Part shown: positions 9,901 through 18,025 of the stretch, in pieces
Numbering within the stretch: position 1 is the stretch's first letter
How the letters are laid out: the number at the start of each line of letters is the position of its first letter
Assembly: GCA_035652195.1 (NCBI GenBank)
Contig: DASREH010000135.1
Location: 31,151-95,150, forward strand
Source: Candidatus Udaeobacter sp.
GTDB lineage: Bacteria; Verrucomicrobiota; Verrucomicrobiia; Chthoniobacterales; UBA10450
Direction: 5' to 3'
Length of the DNA: 64,000 bases
Made by a program: the position numbers and the translations under genes
The notes under the pieces: model-generated
What the model saw: the letters and a program-made list of their open reading frames with translations, nothing else
Database searches by the model: none
Told to the model about the DNA's origin: nothing

Positions 9901-10652
9901 GGCGCATGAACACGATGAAAGATTTGCACGCCGCAGTAATGGAAGGCGCGGTGCAACGGATTCGACCGAAGATCATGACGGTATGCGCGATTTTGTTCGG
10001 CCTTCTGCCAATCATGTGGTCGCCAGCCATGCAAGCCGGTGCCGATGTTATGAAACGAATCGCCACGCCTATGATCGGCGGCATCATCACTTCGGGCATT
10101 CTGGAGCTGCTGATTTATCCAGTGATTTACGTCGCCTGGCGGAAACGCGAACTCGAAGACCAAACCGAAGCAGAGGCGCCGTTGATCCCACCCGAGTTAA
10201 TTCCATCGGAGCGCACACGACAGCGTTTGCCGAAAATTATCGCGCTCATTGTCGCGATTATCCTGATCTTGTTCGGCGGAAAATTTGTCTGGCAAAGAAT
10301 CGCCGCACCAAAAGCAGCGGTGGCACAAAGCGCGCCGATCGCCACGCAAACGGTGAATGACTTGACGGTGAAACTTTACGGTCAAGTACGAAACGGCCCT
10401 AGCGAACTCCTCATCGAATTCCGCGATGCCAACGACCAACTTGTCGATGCTGGCGATGTCAAAATGGAGGCAAACATGAACATGCCGGGAATGCAGATGC
10501 ACGAAGGCGCGACAGTTCAACGCAGCGGAACGCCCGGCCAATACCGTGCCAAGATTAAGCCGGATATGGCGGGCGATTGGATGGCAAAGCTTTCATTCAA
10601 TGGCCCGCGCGGCAGCGGCCAAACGAGCTTCAACCTCAACGTCAAACAATAA
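6972..10652 (+). CDS. cusA: CusA-type heavy-metal efflux RND permease with a ~180-aa C-terminal extension (extra TM helix plus FixH/YtkA-like domain)
   Basis: 1226 aa. The TM4 motif [24 protein letters not shown] is CusA/SilA-like. The tail [18 protein letters not shown]...[24 protein letters not shown] resembles a FixH/YtkA Ig-like domain. Confidence 0.95.
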   Translation: [1226 protein letters not shown]

Positions 10653-10665
10653 AAGGAAACCAAAC

Positions 10666-11184
10666 ATGAAAACAAAACTACCCCTGGTTCTAACTCTGAC
10701 CGCAATGACCGTCGCATTGGCGACCAACGCTGGCGCTGGGCATCGGACATTTCCAAAGGAGCAAACCGATGCATTGATGGAGCCAGTGAAATCCGTGTTC
10801 GACTATTATCTGAAAATCGAATCTGCGCTGGCGAACGAATCAGGCGTCGGCATCGGGTTTAACGCTTCAGCAATTGCAAGCGCCATACGTGGCGATTCAA
10901 TGAAGATGTTCCCCAAAAAAGTGGCCAACCAAGCCGAAATCTTGGCCGGGACGAGAAACCTCTCTTCCGCGCGCGAGGCATTCAAGCCGCTCAGCAAATC
11001 GCTGATCCAGTACTTGGCAGATCACAACATCACGAGCGCGTATGTGGAAGTCTATTGCCCGATGGCGAAGGCAAGTTGGCTGCAAAAGGACAAGAAAATC
11101 AAGAACCCCTATCTCGGAGGTTCGATGCGCAGCTGCGGAGCAATCAGGCCGAAGCCAGGCGCATCGCGTGATTCCGATTGCTGA
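10666..11184 (+). CDS. DUF3347-like periplasmic protein
   Basis: The ATG at 10666 follows AAAGGAAAC. It has a signal peptide and a VYCPMAKASWLQ motif typical of DUF3347. The ORF-track start at 10546 overlaps cusA and was rejected. Confidence 0.7.
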   Translation: MKTKLPLVLTLTAMTVALATNAGAGHRTFPKEQTDALMEPVKSVFDYYLKIESALANESGVGIGFNASAIASAIRGDSMKMFPKKVANQAEILAGTRNLSSAREAFKPLSKSLIQYLADHNITSAYVEVYCPMAKASWLQKDKKIKNPYLGGSMRSCGAIRPKPGASRDSDC

Positions 11185-11207
11185 CCGACTGATGAGCTGA
11201 AGGCCGT

Positions 11208-11735
11208 ATGAAAAACCAGCCCAAAAAGAGCCGCCTGCGGGCAGCTATGCTGCACCGACGACGGGTCAGACTCATCTTTGGCGCGGCATTGGTGGGTGCA
11301 ATCGTCTTCGCTGCAATGATGATCAGGAGTTCGCTGGCCATCAGACTTACTGAAGCGGATCGCGCAATGCTACGGCAGTATGACTCGATTCGAGTAGCTC
11401 TGTCTCAGGAGAACTTAACGTCCGTTCAAAAAGCGGCTGCTACGCTAGCGGACTCCTACCAACAGCGGCGATCAGTCTCTGCAACCGCGCAGGCGCTATC
11501 GAAAGCCGACTCGCTGGAAGCAGCTCGCGAGGCATTCAGTACAATAAGCGCCGAAGCTGTGAAAATGGCGCGAGGTCACAAGGAATACTACGTCGTCGGC
11601 TGCTCGATGAATCAATGTCCTGCGCCCTGTGTGAACTGCCAGATGTGGAGATTTAGCGATTGGGTGCAGACCGACGCGACGATCGCAAATCCATTCATGG
11701 GAAGGGCGAGTCCTCACTGCGGAGTCATCAGATAA
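11208..11735 (+). CDS. Second, divergent DUF3347-like protein
   Basis: 175 aa with an N-terminal TM anchor and the same helical layout. Its C-terminus is Cys-rich (GCSMNQCPAPCVNCQMWRFSDWVQ). Confidence 0.55.
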   Translation: MKNQPKKSRLRAAMLHRRRVRLIFGAALVGAIVFAAMMIRSSLAIRLTEADRAMLRQYDSIRVALSQENLTSVQKAAATLADSYQQRRSVSATAQALSKADSLEAAREAFSTISAEAVKMARGHKEYYVVGCSMNQCPAPCVNCQMWRFSDWVQTDATIANPFMGRASPHCGVIR

Positions 11736-11793
11736 TGAGGCTCACGCGGTAATCATTTCCAGCACCAGCATTAACAGTGAAGAAAACTACAAT

Positions 11794-12165
11794 ATGCAGA
11801 CAAAATTATTTCTGCTCACTGCTTTGAGCATTGCGGCATTAAACATCTCTCCGTTTGTGGCCGCGCAAACCGACATTTCGCCGACGCCAACGCCAGCCGA
11901 AGCGGCATCGCCGTCGGCTTCGCAATTGCAAGGAATAAATGAAATGGCAGGCATGGATTCGATGAAACGAATGGCAGACATGTGTCAGGAGATGATGAAA
12001 GGCGAGAAAGCGATGATGCCTTACATTATCGGCACGTCCGTTCTCTTCGGCCTGTTGCTGTTCATAGCGCTTGTTCTCCTAATCGTGCTGGAAATCCAGT
12101 GGATCAAATATTGGAGCCGAATTTTGAGCCGTCGGGACAGTTCCGCCGCCAGCAATCGCGAATGA
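11794..12165 (+). CDS. Small Met-rich, C-terminally membrane-anchored protein
   Basis: A signal peptide is followed by MAGMDSMKRMADMCQEMMKGEKAMM and then one TM helix. Its stop overlaps the next ATG (ATGA at 12162-12165). Confidence 0.5.
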   Translation: MQTKLFLLTALSIAALNISPFVAAQTDISPTPTPAEAASPSASQLQGINEMAGMDSMKRMADMCQEMMKGEKAMMPYIIGTSVLFGLLLFIALVLLIVLEIQWIKYWSRILSRRDSSAASNRE

Positions 12166-13223
12166 ATGCACAAAAACCAGTCGTCCTCGTCACAGGAAGT
12201 AGCGGGCTCATTGGCTATTCGCTCTGCCAGCTGTTGGCAAAAGATTATCAGATGATCGGCTTCGATCGCGACGGTTATCCGTATCCGCCGCCCGAAGCAG
12301 AATGCGTTTGTGTCGATCTTAGCTCGGACCGAAGCGTGAAGTACGCGTTCGAGCGTGTGCGCTACGCTTATGGCGAACACATCACGTCGGTCATTCATCT
12401 TGCTGCCTATTATTCGTTCTCGGGCGAAGCGAGTCCGCTTTACGAAAAAATTACTGTCCGGGGGACTGAACGAATGTTGCTGGAACTGCAAAATTTTCAG
12501 GTCGAACAGTTCGTCTTTTCAAGTACGGAGCTTGTTCACGCTCCGACTGTGCCCGGAAAACCAATCAACGAAGATTCTCCTCTCGACCCGAAATGGGATT
12601 ATCCGAAATCAAAAGTCGAAACGGAAAAACTCATTCACAAAAAGCACGGCAACATTCCAGTTGTCATCTTGCGCATCGCCGGCATCTACAACGACCAGTG
12701 CGAATCGATTCCACTGGCGCATCAAATCCAGCGAATCTACGAGCGCCAGATAACCAGCAAGCTTTACCCGGGCGACATCACTCACGGCCAGGCGTTCGTT
12801 CATCTCGACGATGTGCTCGCCGCCCTTCGGCTGACAATTGAGCGCCGGCATGAACTGCCGCGCGACGTCACGATGATCGTCGGTGAGCCGGAAACGTTGA
12901 GTTACGACGAACTTCAGCGCGCATTTGGCCGGTTGATTCATGGCGAAGAATGGGAAACGCGCGAAATTCCCAAGACCGCGGCAAAAGCAGGCGCCTGGTT
13001 GGAGGATCACTTCCCGTTTCACGACGCCTTCATTAAACCATGGATGATCGATCGGGCCGACGACCACTACGAATTGGACATCACGCGTGCCCGCACCCTT
13101 CTTGGCTGGGCACCGAAACGTTCGCTGCGCGAAACGCTCCCGAAAATGGTCGCCGCACTCAAAGCAGATCCGGAAAAATTTTATTGCGATAATAAACTCG
13201 GCGAGCCGCCTTCCGAATCATGA
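12162..13223 (+). CDS. NAD-dependent epimerase/dehydratase (extended SDR)
   Basis: The start was reset to MNAQKPVVLVTGSSGLIGYSL, which contains the TGxxGxxG Rossmann motif. A YPKSK catalytic YxxxK is present. It overlaps the next gene by ATGA. Confidence 0.85.
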   Translation: MNAQKPVVLVTGSSGLIGYSLCQLLAKDYQMIGFDRDGYPYPPPEAECVCVDLSSDRSVKYAFERVRYAYGEHITSVIHLAAYYSFSGEASPLYEKITVRGTERMLLELQNFQVEQFVFSSTELVHAPTVPGKPINEDSPLDPKWDYPKSKVETEKLIHKKHGNIPVVILRIAGIYNDQCESIPLAHQIQRIYERQITSKLYPGDITHGQAFVHLDDVLAALRLTIERRHELPRDVTMIVGEPETLSYDELQRAFGRLIHGEEWETREIPKTAAKAGAWLEDHFPFHDAFIKPWMIDRADDHYELDITRARTLLGWAPKRSLRETLPKMVAALKADPEKFYCDNKLGEPPSES

Positions 13224-14566
13224 AAGAGCAGGATCATCGGGAAATGCTCGTGGAAATGCGCCGGAAATGGCTCTGGACAAATTTCGCAGTCATCTCGCTA
13301 GGTGCGTGGCTGATCACAAGCCCGTTTACGTTTGGATATGTCGATCTTCGCATCTTGTGGAGCGATGTGATTAGCGGCGTGCTCTTGATTTTGTTTTCCG
13401 CGCTCGCGCTCTGGCCGCGGTTTGATTTCGTCGGACGTTGGAGTGTTTCGTTTGTCGGCGGCTGGCTGCAATTCGCGCCGCTGATCTTCTGGGCGAAATC
13501 ACCGGCAGCATATTTGAATGACACGCTTGTTGGCGTAATCGCGATCGCATTGTCGATCCTAGTACCGATGATGCCGGGCATGGCGCATCACATGGAGATG
13601 ATGAAACCGGGCCCAGAAATTCCGCCGGGCTGGAGTTACAATCCATCGAGCTGGCATCAACGCGCGCCGATGATCGCGCTAGCGTTTATCGGATGGCTCG
13701 GCTCGCGTTATCTGGCTGCGTTTCAGCTCGGTTACATTCCGCAAGCGTGGGACCCGTTCTTTGGCGATAGCACGATGACGGTGCTGACATCTAAAGTTTC
13801 TAAAATGTTTCCGATCTCCGACGCCGGGCTCGGCGCGGCGGCTTACACCATCGAGATGCTGATGGGCTGGATGGGCGGAACGACGCGCTGGCGCACAATG
13901 CCGTGGATGGTGACGTTCTTTTTCATTCTCGTGGTGCCGCTCGGCATCGTCAGCATCGTGCTCGTGATTCTGCAACCGCTCGCGGTTGGCCATTGGTGCA
14001 GCATTTGTTTGTTCACCGCGCTAGTAATGCTGTTCATGATTCCCTTAACGGTGGACGAAGTCATCGCCATGGGCCAGTTCATGCGCACGAGCATGCGTAA
14101 GGGGAAACCGTTCTGGCGCACGTTTTGGGTTGGCGGCACGCTTGATGAAGTGAATAAAGACAAACGCACGCCGAGCTATGGCACGCCGGTTTCAAAGATT
14201 ATCGGGCCGATGGTCTGGGGAGTAAACCTGCCGTGGAATTTAATCATCAGCGCGGTCCTTGGGATCTGGCTGATGTTCGCGCCGGCTATCTTTGGCACGA
14301 GCGGCGCAGCGGCCGACAGCGACCATTTGGTCGGCGCGTTGATTACGACATTTGCAGTAATCGTAACGGCGGAAGTGATTCGCGCCGGCCGGTTCATTAA
14401 CGTGCTTTTCGGCGCATGGATCATCGCCGCGCCCTGGCTGCTCGGCGGCGCTTCGATTTTTTCGAAGCTGAATGACCTCGCAGTAGGTATCGCCGTGATC
14501 TTGCTAAGTCTGCCGCGCGGACCGGTGCGCGAGAGTTATGCTGGATGGGACCGGTTTGTCTTGTGA
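13220..14566 (+). CDS. Polytopic membrane protein with a VKOR-like core flanked by SPW repeats
   Basis: 448 aa. SPW-type motifs are present (GAWLITSPF, WLMFAPAIF, AWIIAAPWLLG). The central region contains VLTSKVSKMFPISDAGLGAAAY...GHWCSICLF, a VKOR-like CxxC. Confidence 0.65.
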   Translation: MKEQDHREMLVEMRRKWLWTNFAVISLGAWLITSPFTFGYVDLRILWSDVISGVLLILFSALALWPRFDFVGRWSVSFVGGWLQFAPLIFWAKSPAAYLNDTLVGVIAIALSILVPMMPGMAHHMEMMKPGPEIPPGWSYNPSSWHQRAPMIALAFIGWLGSRYLAAFQLGYIPQAWDPFFGDSTMTVLTSKVSKMFPISDAGLGAAAYTIEMLMGWMGGTTRWRTMPWMVTFFFILVVPLGIVSIVLVILQPLAVGHWCSICLFTALVMLFMIPLTVDEVIAMGQFMRTSMRKGKPFWRTFWVGGTLDEVNKDKRTPSYGTPVSKIIGPMVWGVNLPWNLIISAVLGIWLMFAPAIFGTSGAAADSDHLVGALITTFAVIVTAEVIRAGRFINVLFGAWIIAAPWLLGGASIFSKLNDLAVGIAVILLSLPRGPVRESYAGWDRFVL

Positions 14567-14597
14567 AAACTGAGCGGGACAAGTTACCCTTTTCAAA

Positions 14598-14732
14598 ATG
14601 ATGCCCGGAATGATGTGCACTTGGTCGGTCGTCGGCATTCTGCTCATTGTTTTACTGATCGTAGTAATCGCCAAGCTGCTCAGACGAACGGTGCCGTATT
14701 CCACAACGCGCGACCACTGCGGTGCGCTCTGA
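14598..14732 (+). CDS. Possible 44-aa Met-rich single-TM peptide
   Basis: Hand translation gives MMPGMMCTWSVVGILLIVLLIVVIAKLLRRTVPYSTTRDHCGAL. Its 3' end runs into repeat copy 3. There is no conservation support. Confidence 0.25.
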   Translation: MMPGMMCTWSVVGILLIVLLIVVIAKLLRRTVPYSTTRDHCGAL

Positions 14733-14873
14733 ATTATGTTCGCGTGATCGACTGTGCGTGAATCGGCCCTCGATTGTATGGCTCGCTGCGCGCCGTAAAG
14801 GTATTGCTCGCACGCTACGCTCCACCTTGACTGTGCTCCCTCCGCCCGGAAAAGAGCGCGTATCGATTCACGC
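14704..14873. repeat. Copy 3 of the ~170-nt conserved intergenic element
   Basis: Same element as copies 1 and 2. It lies between convergent genes 13220-14566 (+) and 14918-15439 (-). Confidence 0.85.
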
Positions 14874-14917
14874 AAAGGATATTCTCGATTGGTATCACCT
14901 AGCGGACCGCGATCAAA

Positions 14918-15439
14918 TCAATTGTGCGGCAGAACAAGGAAGCCGTTGCGATCTTCTTTTCGCTCCCGATAGAGTTGCTCTTTCTCTGTGAGAAAAATAC
15001 GAGCATCTTCGGGATTCATAATTTGGCTCACGCGACGGTGATGCTCCAGTTCTTCGGTCCAGCACGCCTCCCGCTGACGATTGGCTTCTGCGAAGAGCGT
15101 TTGAATTTCCGGCGTGATTTTCTTTGTGCGCTCAAAGAGCGTTTCGACGCGTCTGCGCGTTTTCTCCGCCTCGTTTCGCAAAGCCTTGTAGGTTGCGTGG
15201 TGCTGTTTCTCCAGCTCCTTAAAGGCCCGGAGTTGGTCATCATTCAGATGATATCTCTGACGGAATTGTCTATCGTGATCGGCTTTGGCGGCGTGATAGT
15301 ACATGTAAACAAAGCCGCCAAGAACCACTACGATCATGATCAATAACGCTGCGATTTGAACACGGTCTTTGCGCGTGAGTACCACCGGCTCTGCGCTGCC
15401 TCTCTTGCCACGACGACGTTTGGGCGGCCGTTGGCGCAT
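14918..15439 (-). CDS. Membrane-anchored Spy/CpxP/CnrX-family periplasmic protein (heavy-metal sensor-like)
   Basis: 173 aa. A basic N-terminus and one TM helix precede a helical domain with the LTxxQ-like motif LNDDQLRAFKELEKQHH. It is the last gene of the czc/ATPase unit. Confidence 0.55.
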   Translation of the reverse strand: MRQRPPKRRRGKRGSAEPVVLTRKDRVQIAALLIMIVVVLGGFVYMYYHAAKADHDRQFRQRYHLNDDQLRAFKELEKQHHATYKALRNEAEKTRRRVETLFERTKKITPEIQTLFAEANRQREACWTEELEHHRRVSQIMNPEDARIFLTEKEQLYRERKEDRNGFLVLPHN

Positions 15440-15445
15440 GATGCT

Positions 15446-17623
15446 TTACGTTGCTGATGGCATTCGTAGCAGCCGCAGTGCGTTTGCGACAACGACCAGA
15501 GTCGCACCCGTGTCAGCGGCGATTGCCAGCCAGAGACTTGTGTAGCCAAGCAGCGCAAGGACCAGAAAAACCGCTTTCACAGCGAGAGCGAATGCGATGT
15601 TGAATTGAATGACGCGTAGCGTGCGGCGCCCGAGCTGAACTGTTTCAGCAATTTTGCTCAGGTCGTCCTTCATCAGGGCGATATCCGCCGTTTCGATCGC
15701 GGTGTCCGTGCCGGCCGCGCCCATTGCGATGCCCACGGTGGCGATGGCCATTGCGGGTGCGTCATTGACGCCGTCGCCCACCATGCCGACGCAGCGCTCA
15801 CGCTTCATGAGGTCTTTAACACGATCCACCTTTTGGTCGGGCAACAGATCGCCTTGCGCTTCGTCAATGCCGGCTTGTCTGGCAATCGCGTCCACCGTGC
15901 GCTGATTGTCGCCGCTCAGCATCACAACTTTGCGCACGCCGGCGTCGTGCAGCGCCGCGATCGCGTCCTTCGCGTTTGGACGCACGGCATCGCCCACCGC
16001 GATAACGCCGAGCACTTCGCCTTTGCATCCGGGATGCGGCATGTGACCGACGACGACAACGGATTGCGTTTCACTTTCGATTTGCGCCAGCAACCGCTCG
16101 ATTTCCTCCGAGCAAACTGCCAGCTCGTGCGTGAAGCGATGGTTGCCGACGAAATACTCGTGATCGTCGATCTTACCGGAAGCGCCGCGGCCGCTGTGCG
16201 CCTTGTAATTTTCGCTGCGCGTAACATCGACATGCTGTTTGCGCGCGTAGTCCACGACAGCCTGCGCGAGCGGATGCTCGGAATGTGAGTCAATCGCGGC
16301 GGCGATGCGCACGATTTCATTTTCCGATGCGGCGTTGGGCGCGTGAACTTTTGTGACCCGAGGCTTGCCTTCAGTGATGGTGCCGGTTTTATCGAGCGCA
16401 AGAGCGCGCAGTTTGCCGATCGCTTCCAAGAACGCGCCCCCTTTGATAAGCACGCCCCGGCGAGCCATGGCGGTAAGACCTGAGACAATCGAAACTGGCG
16501 TGGAAATCACCAGAGCACACGGACAGGCGATGACCAACAGAACAAGTGCGCGATAAATCCACGTGAACCACGGCGCGTTGAAGAGGAACGGTGGAACCAA
16601 CAGAACAAGCAGTGCCAGCACGATTACGCTCGGCGTATAATATTTCGCAAAGACATCGACGAACCGCTGTGAAGGCGCTTTCTGCGCTTGCGCTTCTTCG
16701 ACGAGATGAATGATTTTCGCCAGCGTCGTATCGTTCGAAAGCTTCGTGACGCGCACGTCGAGCGAGCCACCACCGTTGATCGTTCCCGCAAAAACGATGT
16801 CGCCTTCTTTCTTTTCGACCGGGACGGATTCACCAGTGATGGGCGCTTGATCCACAACGGATTCACCGTTGATCACTTCGCCGTCGAGAGGGATGCGAGA
16901 GCCACTCTTAACCGCAATTACGTCGTTCGGTTTCACCTCCTCCACCGGCACCTCGCGGAACGATTCGCCTTTTTTGATCAGGGCCACCGGCGGCGACAAT
17001 TTCATCAGCGACGAGATGGCTTTGCGTGCGCGTGCAACGCTAAAACTTTCCAGTAACTCCGAGAGCGCGAAAAGAAACGCGACCGCCGCGCCTTCGGACC
17101 ATTCGCCAATTGCAGTCGCGCCCGCGACCGCTACGCTCATGAGGACATTCATGTCGAGGGCGAGACGGCGCGCGGCGCGGATCGCTTTCGGCAAGATGAA
17201 CCAACCACCGCTGACAATTGCTGCGGCAAACAGGCCTATGGCCAGTGGCTCATCTCCTCCTGCGCTCCAGCGAACGATCAGACCGACACCAGTGCACGCG
17301 CCCGAAATCAAAACGGAAATGAGGCGTGGCCTTTGCGCCCCTTCGGTCGCTTCACCGCTGTCGGCGCTTGCGAGTGTGGCCTTGAGTCCTGCGGCCGCGA
17401 TGGCCTGGATTAACGCTTGCGGTGTTACACTCTCGTCGTGCGAAATTGTTGCGTTTCCAGCGAGCAAATTGGCTCGGACTTCGCGCACTCCGCTCAATGG
17501 TTTCAGCGCACGCTGAACGGTAGCCACTTCCTCCGCACAATCCATTCCCACCACTGTGAGCGTCGTCTCACGCTCCGCGCGATCACCAACCGTCGGATTA
17601 AGCTGGGCCATTCCTATTTTCAT
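15446..17623 (-). CDS. Heavy-metal translocating P1B-type ATPase, Zn/Cd/Pb (ZntA/CadA) subtype
   Basis: Motifs present are CPC (VIACPCALVISTP), DKTGTIT, GDGVNDAP, and a K...DTGA pattern in the last TM helices. The start was reset to MKIGMAQ (ATG at 17623; an alternative is 17611), because the longer ORF overlaps the upstream gene. Confidence 0.95.
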   Translation of the reverse strand: MKIGMAQLNPTVGDRAERETTLTVVGMDCAEEVATVQRALKPLSGVREVRANLLAGNATISHDESVTPQALIQAIAAAGLKATLASADSGEATEGAQRPRLISVLISGACTGVGLIVRWSAGGDEPLAIGLFAAAIVSGGWFILPKAIRAARRLALDMNVLMSVAVAGATAIGEWSEGAAVAFLFALSELLESFSVARARKAISSLMKLSPPVALIKKGESFREVPVEEVKPNDVIAVKSGSRIPLDGEVINGESVVDQAPITGESVPVEKKEGDIVFAGTINGGGSLDVRVTKLSNDTTLAKIIHLVEEAQAQKAPSQRFVDVFAKYYTPSVIVLALLVLLVPPFLFNAPWFTWIYRALVLLVIACPCALVISTPVSIVSGLTAMARRGVLIKGGAFLEAIGKLRALALDKTGTITEGKPRVTKVHAPNAASENEIVRIAAAIDSHSEHPLAQAVVDYARKQHVDVTRSENYKAHSGRGASGKIDDHEYFVGNHRFTHELAVCSEEIERLLAQIESETQSVVVVGHMPHPGCKGEVLGVIAVGDAVRPNAKDAIAALHDAGVRKVVMLSGDNQRTVDAIARQAGIDEAQGDLLPDQKVDRVKDLMKRERCVGMVGDGVNDAPAMAIATVGIAMGAAGTDTAIETADIALMKDDLSKIAETVQLGRRTLRVIQFNIAFALAVKAVFLVLALLGYTSLWLAIAADTGATLVVVANALRLLRMPSAT

Positions 17624-18008
17624 GTTTGCTCCGAGGTGGAGCATGGGTTTGCCAGAAGACGCGCGTAACGTACTGCGGACCGAAGATAGGTGAGTGATAA
17701 CGAATGGAGACTCGCGTGCCGACGCGCAGCGCGTCTGGACTTGTAAAGTCGCTGTCGCGGACCAATTGCGTCCATTTGGCGTCCCAGGCAAAGACAATTG
17801 GCTTTGACTCGCCCGCAGGAAGTAGCGTCAACGTCTTAGCGGTAATCTGCTGCACTACGCCTGACATTTCGCGACTCATTGGAGGCATTGCCTGAATTGA
17901 CGGTGCAAGGCCTAATGTAAGAATCAGGAAAGCGAGCGCGGTCGTTAAAATCGAGCGCCGAACAAGCCTGTCGCCGTTCCTATTCATGGTCGAAAACGAG
18001 AGCTGCAT
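17598..18008 (-). CDS. Small secreted protein, paralog of 18026-18358
   Basis: It has a signal peptide (LAFLILTLGLAPSIQA) and shares a pattern with its neighbour: G-V..(12)..KP(I/L)...W....T..R......P....G..V...Y. An alternative start lies at 17987. Confidence 0.5.
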   Translation of the reverse strand: MQLSFSTMNRNGDRLVRRSILTTALAFLILTLGLAPSIQAMPPMSREMSGVVQQITAKTLTLLPAGESKPIVFAWDAKWTQLVRDSDFTSPDALRVGTRVSIRYHSPIFGPQYVTRVFWQTHAPPRSKHENRNGPA

Positions 18009-18025
18009 GGTTAAGAATTTGTCAG

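Noticed and set aside
17624-17797. N-terminal extension of the P-type ATPase ORF (MSLPGTPNGRNW...).
   Set aside because: It overlaps the upstream secreted-protein gene by about 200 nt and has no HMA or TM features. An internal ATG at 17623 (or 17611) lies just before the metal-binding domain.
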